A stretch of 28,561 nt of DNA from a virus (taxonomy: Duplodnaviria > Caudoviricetes). The notes beneath the pieces were generated by a model. It was not told the DNA's origin. It made no database searches and saw nothing but the letters and a program-made list of their open reading frames with translations. The position numbers and the translations under genes are program-made. The stretch covers positions 1 to 28,561 of the IMG/VR virus record IMGVR_UViG_3300045747_000855; one strand, given 5' to 3'. This document shows positions 26,436 through 28,561 of this stretch, one piece after another (position 1 is the stretch's first letter; the number at the start of each line of letters is the position of its first letter).

Positions 26436-27028
26436 GCTGCACCGCCTTCGGTTTGACCAAACAGGTCGCCCGTTGAAGCGGGTGTGGTTTGGGCATCACG
26501 CAGCAGGCGCACGGTGGCTTGGGCGCAGCGGCAGATGCGGGCAATATCAGCCACCGGCACGCGCTCAGTCAGCAGTTCATAAACACGGGCTCGCGTCTCG
26601 TTGGTCAGCGGCACGATGGGCAGGCGGGCATACTTTTCCAGCATGGCCATGCGCTGGTCGGCCTTGTTGGTCAAAGCGGTGCGCATGCGGTTGAACTCGT
26701 CGATGTAGGCTTCCTGGAACGCGATGGCCTTTGGCCCCGTGAAACCAAACACCAGCAAGCTGAAACCGTCAAAGGTCATCTCGATCATGGGTCTTACTTT
26801 TCCCTGGGAATCTAGGTAGGAGGTCTCCGCAAAATTGCGGGCACGGAACACATCAGAGCAACCCAAATTGCGGATGGCCTTGAGCACGTCGTCATGCCGA
26901 CGGCCAAACACTTCAGCCACAAAGCGGCTGTTGGTTTTGAGGGTGATACCGTCTTCGGCGGTGAAAACGGTGTGCGCCACGGTGTGGGCAATAGAGTTGA
27001 AATTGAGGCTGGTGGCAAGGGTGTTCAT
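26432..27028 (-). CDS. rha: Rha-family phage regulator with a C-terminal HTH (198 aa)
   Basis: TNSRFVAEVFGRRHDDVLKAIRNL, NFAETSYLDSQGKVRPM, DGFSLLVFGFTG.KA..F.EAYIDEFNRM; C-terminal VPVADIARICRCAQATV. Confidence 0.93.
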   Translation of the reverse strand: MNTLATSLNFNSIAHTVAHTVFTAEDGITLKTNSRFVAEVFGRRHDDVLKAIRNLGCSDVFRARNFAETSYLDSQGKVRPMIEMTFDGFSLLVFGFTGPKAIAFQEAYIDEFNRMRTALTNKADQRMAMLEKYARLPIVPLTNETRARVYELLTERVPVADIARICRCAQATVRLLRDAQTTPASTGDLFGQTEGGAA

Positions 27029-27173
27029 GTGTGAAAATACCTGTGGTTAGAAAGACTGGTTGGAAAGATTGGCTGGAAAGACGGGTTGATCAAACTGGCT
27101 GGTTAGTGAACTTGTGAAAGTGAAGTGGAATGGGCGTCATGACCAAGCTTTGGTAGGGTTGGTTTTGATGCCC
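27026..27173. repeat. Diverged copy B of a duplicated gene-end/leader segment (copy A at 27484-27563)
   Basis: Shared blocks CATGTGTGAAAAT, GGTTAG, AAGTGGAATGGGC(G/A)TCA, ACCAAGCT and TTTGATGCCC in the same order. Confidence 0.85.
27050..27101. repeat. Four tandem 13-bp repeats, consensus GAAAGACTGGYTG
   Basis: GAAAGACTGGTTG / GAAAGATTGGCTG / GAAAGACGGGTTG / ATCAAACTGGCTG. Confidence 0.85.
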
Positions 27174-27181
27174 GTTTTTTT
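27132..27181 (+). terminator. Intrinsic terminator oriented antisense to the early operon
   Basis: GGGCGTCA-t-GACCAA...TTGGTT-t-TGATGCCC stem followed by G and T7 (27175-27181); two G-U pairs form only on the + strand. Confidence 0.6.
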
Positions 27182-27194
27182 GGGTGGCTGGCGG

Positions 27195-27389
27195 TCATAG
27201 GGGTACCCCTTGGTCCTTCAGCCCCAGGGCCACGGCGATCTGGTGGCATTTGCCCCGGCGGGCTTTGCTGATGCCATTGACGACGCGAATCACTTCGCCA
27301 TAATGGAACCCGTGCTCAGTGGCAAAATCTTTGAAGGTTCTGCCCTCGCTACGAAACTTGGCTTTGAGCTTCTCTGGAGTAATGGCCAT
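27195..27389 (-). CDS. Ner/BcepMu gp16-like DNA-binding protein, copy 2 (~64 aa)
   Basis: TPEKLKAKFRSEG.TFKDFATEHGF...EV.RVVNG..KARRGKCHQIAVALGLK; start either ATG 27389 or TTG 27416. Confidence 0.85.
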   Translation of the reverse strand: MAITPEKLKAKFRSEGRTFKDFATEHGFHYGEVIRVVNGISKARRGKCHQIAVALGLKDQGVPL

Positions 27390-27483
27390 TTGGGGTTCTG
27401 TGGTTGCGTCGGTCAATATGACCGATATGGACCAAGTACTCGCGGTCTGTGACCGGGCCGAGTTCAGGGATAGTGAGGTGGGT

Positions 27484-27563
27484 CATGTGTGAAAATGTCT
27501 CGGGTTAGTTGAAAGTGGAATGGGCATCAAACCAAGCTCTTGGCGGGGTCGGGTTTGATGCCC
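27484..27563. repeat. Copy A of the duplicated segment, including a perfect 12-bp inverted repeat
   Basis: GGGCATCAAACC (27522-27533) and GGTTTGATGCCC (27552-27563), spanning the stop codon of ner copy 1. Confidence 0.85.
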
Positions 27564-27721
27564 AGCTTCACCGCAATCTTGTGGGGCAGGCCACGCTTGC
27601 AGGGTGTGAAGCCGTTGAGTACGCGATAGACATCACTACGGCGAAAGCCGTTTTGATCAGCCCATTGCGAGACAGGGATGCCGTTGGCGGCGAATTGGTC
27701 TTTAACTTTCTGCGGGGTCAT
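27527..27721 (-). CDS. Ner/BcepMu gp16-like DNA-binding protein, copy 1 (64 aa)
   Basis: MTPQKVK..F..NGI.VSQWA..NGF...VYRVLNG...CKRG..HKIAVKLGIK; AAGGAG RBS; divergent from the repressor. Confidence 0.92.
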   Translation of the reverse strand: MTPQKVKDQFAANGIPVSQWADQNGFRRSDVYRVLNGFTPCKRGLPHKIAVKLGIKPDPAKSLV

Positions 27722-27771
27722 TTAGGCTCCTTTTTTTGCAGTGGATAAAACACAATCAAAAATGATTAGTT

Positions 27772-27830
27772 ACGCTATTCTAGCGTTGAATGTCCATAAA
27801 TGGACATCTAGAAAGATTTTTATGGACATT
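27772..27830. promoter_or_regulatory. Divergent promoter/operator region of the lysogeny switch
   Basis: AT-rich; palindrome ATGTCCAT-AA-ATGGACAT (27790-27807); third half-site at 27822-27829; second dyad ACGCTA-TTC-TAGCGT (27772-27786) covering a leftward TAGAAT. Confidence 0.75.
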
Positions 27831-28397
27831 TTTGAAGTTGAGCGCGCAGTTCTTCGTTTGAAGGAAATGGTCAATGTCAAAACAGACAAAGACATTGCTG
27901 CCTTGCTGGGGATGGATGTGTCTGCCTTCAATAAGAGAAAGAAGCGCAACTCATTCCCTGAGAAAGAACTGCTCGCGCTGGCAGCAGACCGGCCCGAGCT
28001 GGGCATTGATACGCACTACGTGCTGACCGGCCAGCGACCCGTTGCCGCCAAGCCTGCATGGTTGCGACTGAAGTCCGAGCTGGAGATGCATGAGGACAGT
28101 GCCGTTGCCGAGTGGCTTGGCATGGATATGGCTGCAGTCAATGCCTTCACGATGCGCGGCGTGTTCCCGGTGCAGCAGTTCCTGGCAGCGTATGCAACAC
28201 ACCATGATCCGATCGACAAGGATTACGTGCTCACCGGCGTGAACAGTGCCGCACATTCCATCATTGACGACGTGCGCAAAAGCCGCGCAGCAGGTACCGA
28301 CCCCGTGCAAGAGCGGCAGATCATCGATAAGTACCGCAGCGACACTTTATTCCGCCAAGCGGTGAATGCCTTGTTTGCACTGTCCACCAGGGCATAA
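27822..28397 (+). CDS. Prophage repressor with two tandem CI-type HTH domains (~191 aa)
   Basis: Divergent from ner; LRLK...D..IA.LLGMD...R..FP...ID..YVLTG occurs twice; no S24 peptidase domain. Start placed at ATG 27822 because longer starts would run through the operator region. Confidence 0.88.
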   Translation: MDIFEVERAVLRLKEMVNVKTDKDIAALLGMDVSAFNKRKKRNSFPEKELLALAADRPELGIDTHYVLTGQRPVAAKPAWLRLKSELEMHEDSAVAEWLGMDMAAVNAFTMRGVFPVQQFLAAYATHHDPIDKDYVLTGVNSAAHSIIDDVRKSRAAGTDPVQERQIIDKYRSDTLFRQAVNALFALSTRA

Positions 28398-28405
28398 AAA
28401 GTCGC

Positions 28406-28561
28406 ATGATGGTCGTATCGACCATGCAGGTTTTGCTGGTATTGGCGCTGGCGTGCAGCGCAGCCCTGCCCCAGGTGCTGCTACTCGCGTCCCCGCACTT
28501 TGCCCCACCCACCGCGCCCCTGGTGCCAGTGCAGTCCAGTGCCATCAAGGCAGTGGGTTAC
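28406..28561 (+). CDS. Partial ORF: hydrophobic N-terminus followed by the start of a KTSC-like domain
   Basis: Manual translation MMVVSTMQVLLVLALACSAALPQVLLLASPHFAPPTAPLVPVQSSAIKAVGY; PVxSSxIxxVGY is the KTSC N-terminal motif; open to the window edge. Confidence 0.6.
   Translation, partial: MMVVSTMQVLLVLALACSAALPQVLLLASPHFAPPTAPLVPVQSSAIKAVGY

Larger units (their letters stand above)
1..28561. mobile_element. Transposable Mu-like prophage (BcepMu/B3/KS10-like early region, siphovirus-type tail); both ends lie outside the window
   Basis: Continuous, tightly coupled set of phage genes: repressor/ner switch, DDE transposase plus AAA ATPase, DUF3164, GemA, Mor, Mu gpI-like protease, capsid, gp36/gp37-like proteins, tail tube and tape measure. 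No host housekeeping genes. Confidence 0.96.

Noticed and set aside
27050-27101. Mini-CRISPR array
   Set aside because: The units are 13 bp, head-to-tail with no spacers, and there are no cas genes.
27103-27198. 31-codon - strand ORF coupled (ATGA) to ner copy 2
   Set aside because: It is short, overlaps the degenerate duplicated segment and has no recognisable motif. It could be a leader peptide, but there is not enough evidence to call it.
1-28561. Prophage termini (TG...CA with transposase-binding repeats), tRNA or rRNA
   Set aside because: None recognisable; phage genes continue to both window edges.

Overview
The whole window is the interior of a transposable (Mu-like) prophage, most likely from a GC-rich betaproteobacterium. 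It is of the BcepMu/B3/KS10 type, with a DDE transposase and an ExeA-like ATPase. Almost every gene is on the - strand. Reading right to left: two Ner/BcepMu-gp16-like repressors, a Rha regulator, small early genes, an IclR-like HTH, a DUF3102-like protein, transposase A, ATPase B, semi-essential genes, DUF3164, an inserted P1-type C4 antisense-RNA cassette controlling an 89-aa ORF and a KilA-N gene, then GemA and Mor. These are followed directly by protease/scaffold, major capsid, cement, head-tail connectors and a non-contractile (sheathless) tail module that runs to the left edge. The divergent + strand repressor has two tandem HTH domains and is followed by a truncated KTSC-like ORF. Terminase, portal, gpF/gpG, lysis genes, a tail-assembly chaperone and both phage ends are absent from the window. 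The most notable non-routine signals are: a complete C4 RNA cassette (a1b1/C4/a2b2) inside a Mu-like phage; a doubled genetic switch (two HTH domains, two ner genes); a duplicated leader upstream of rha containing 13-bp tandem repeats and an antisense terminator; and the split head module. Family assignments come from motif recognition, not database searches.
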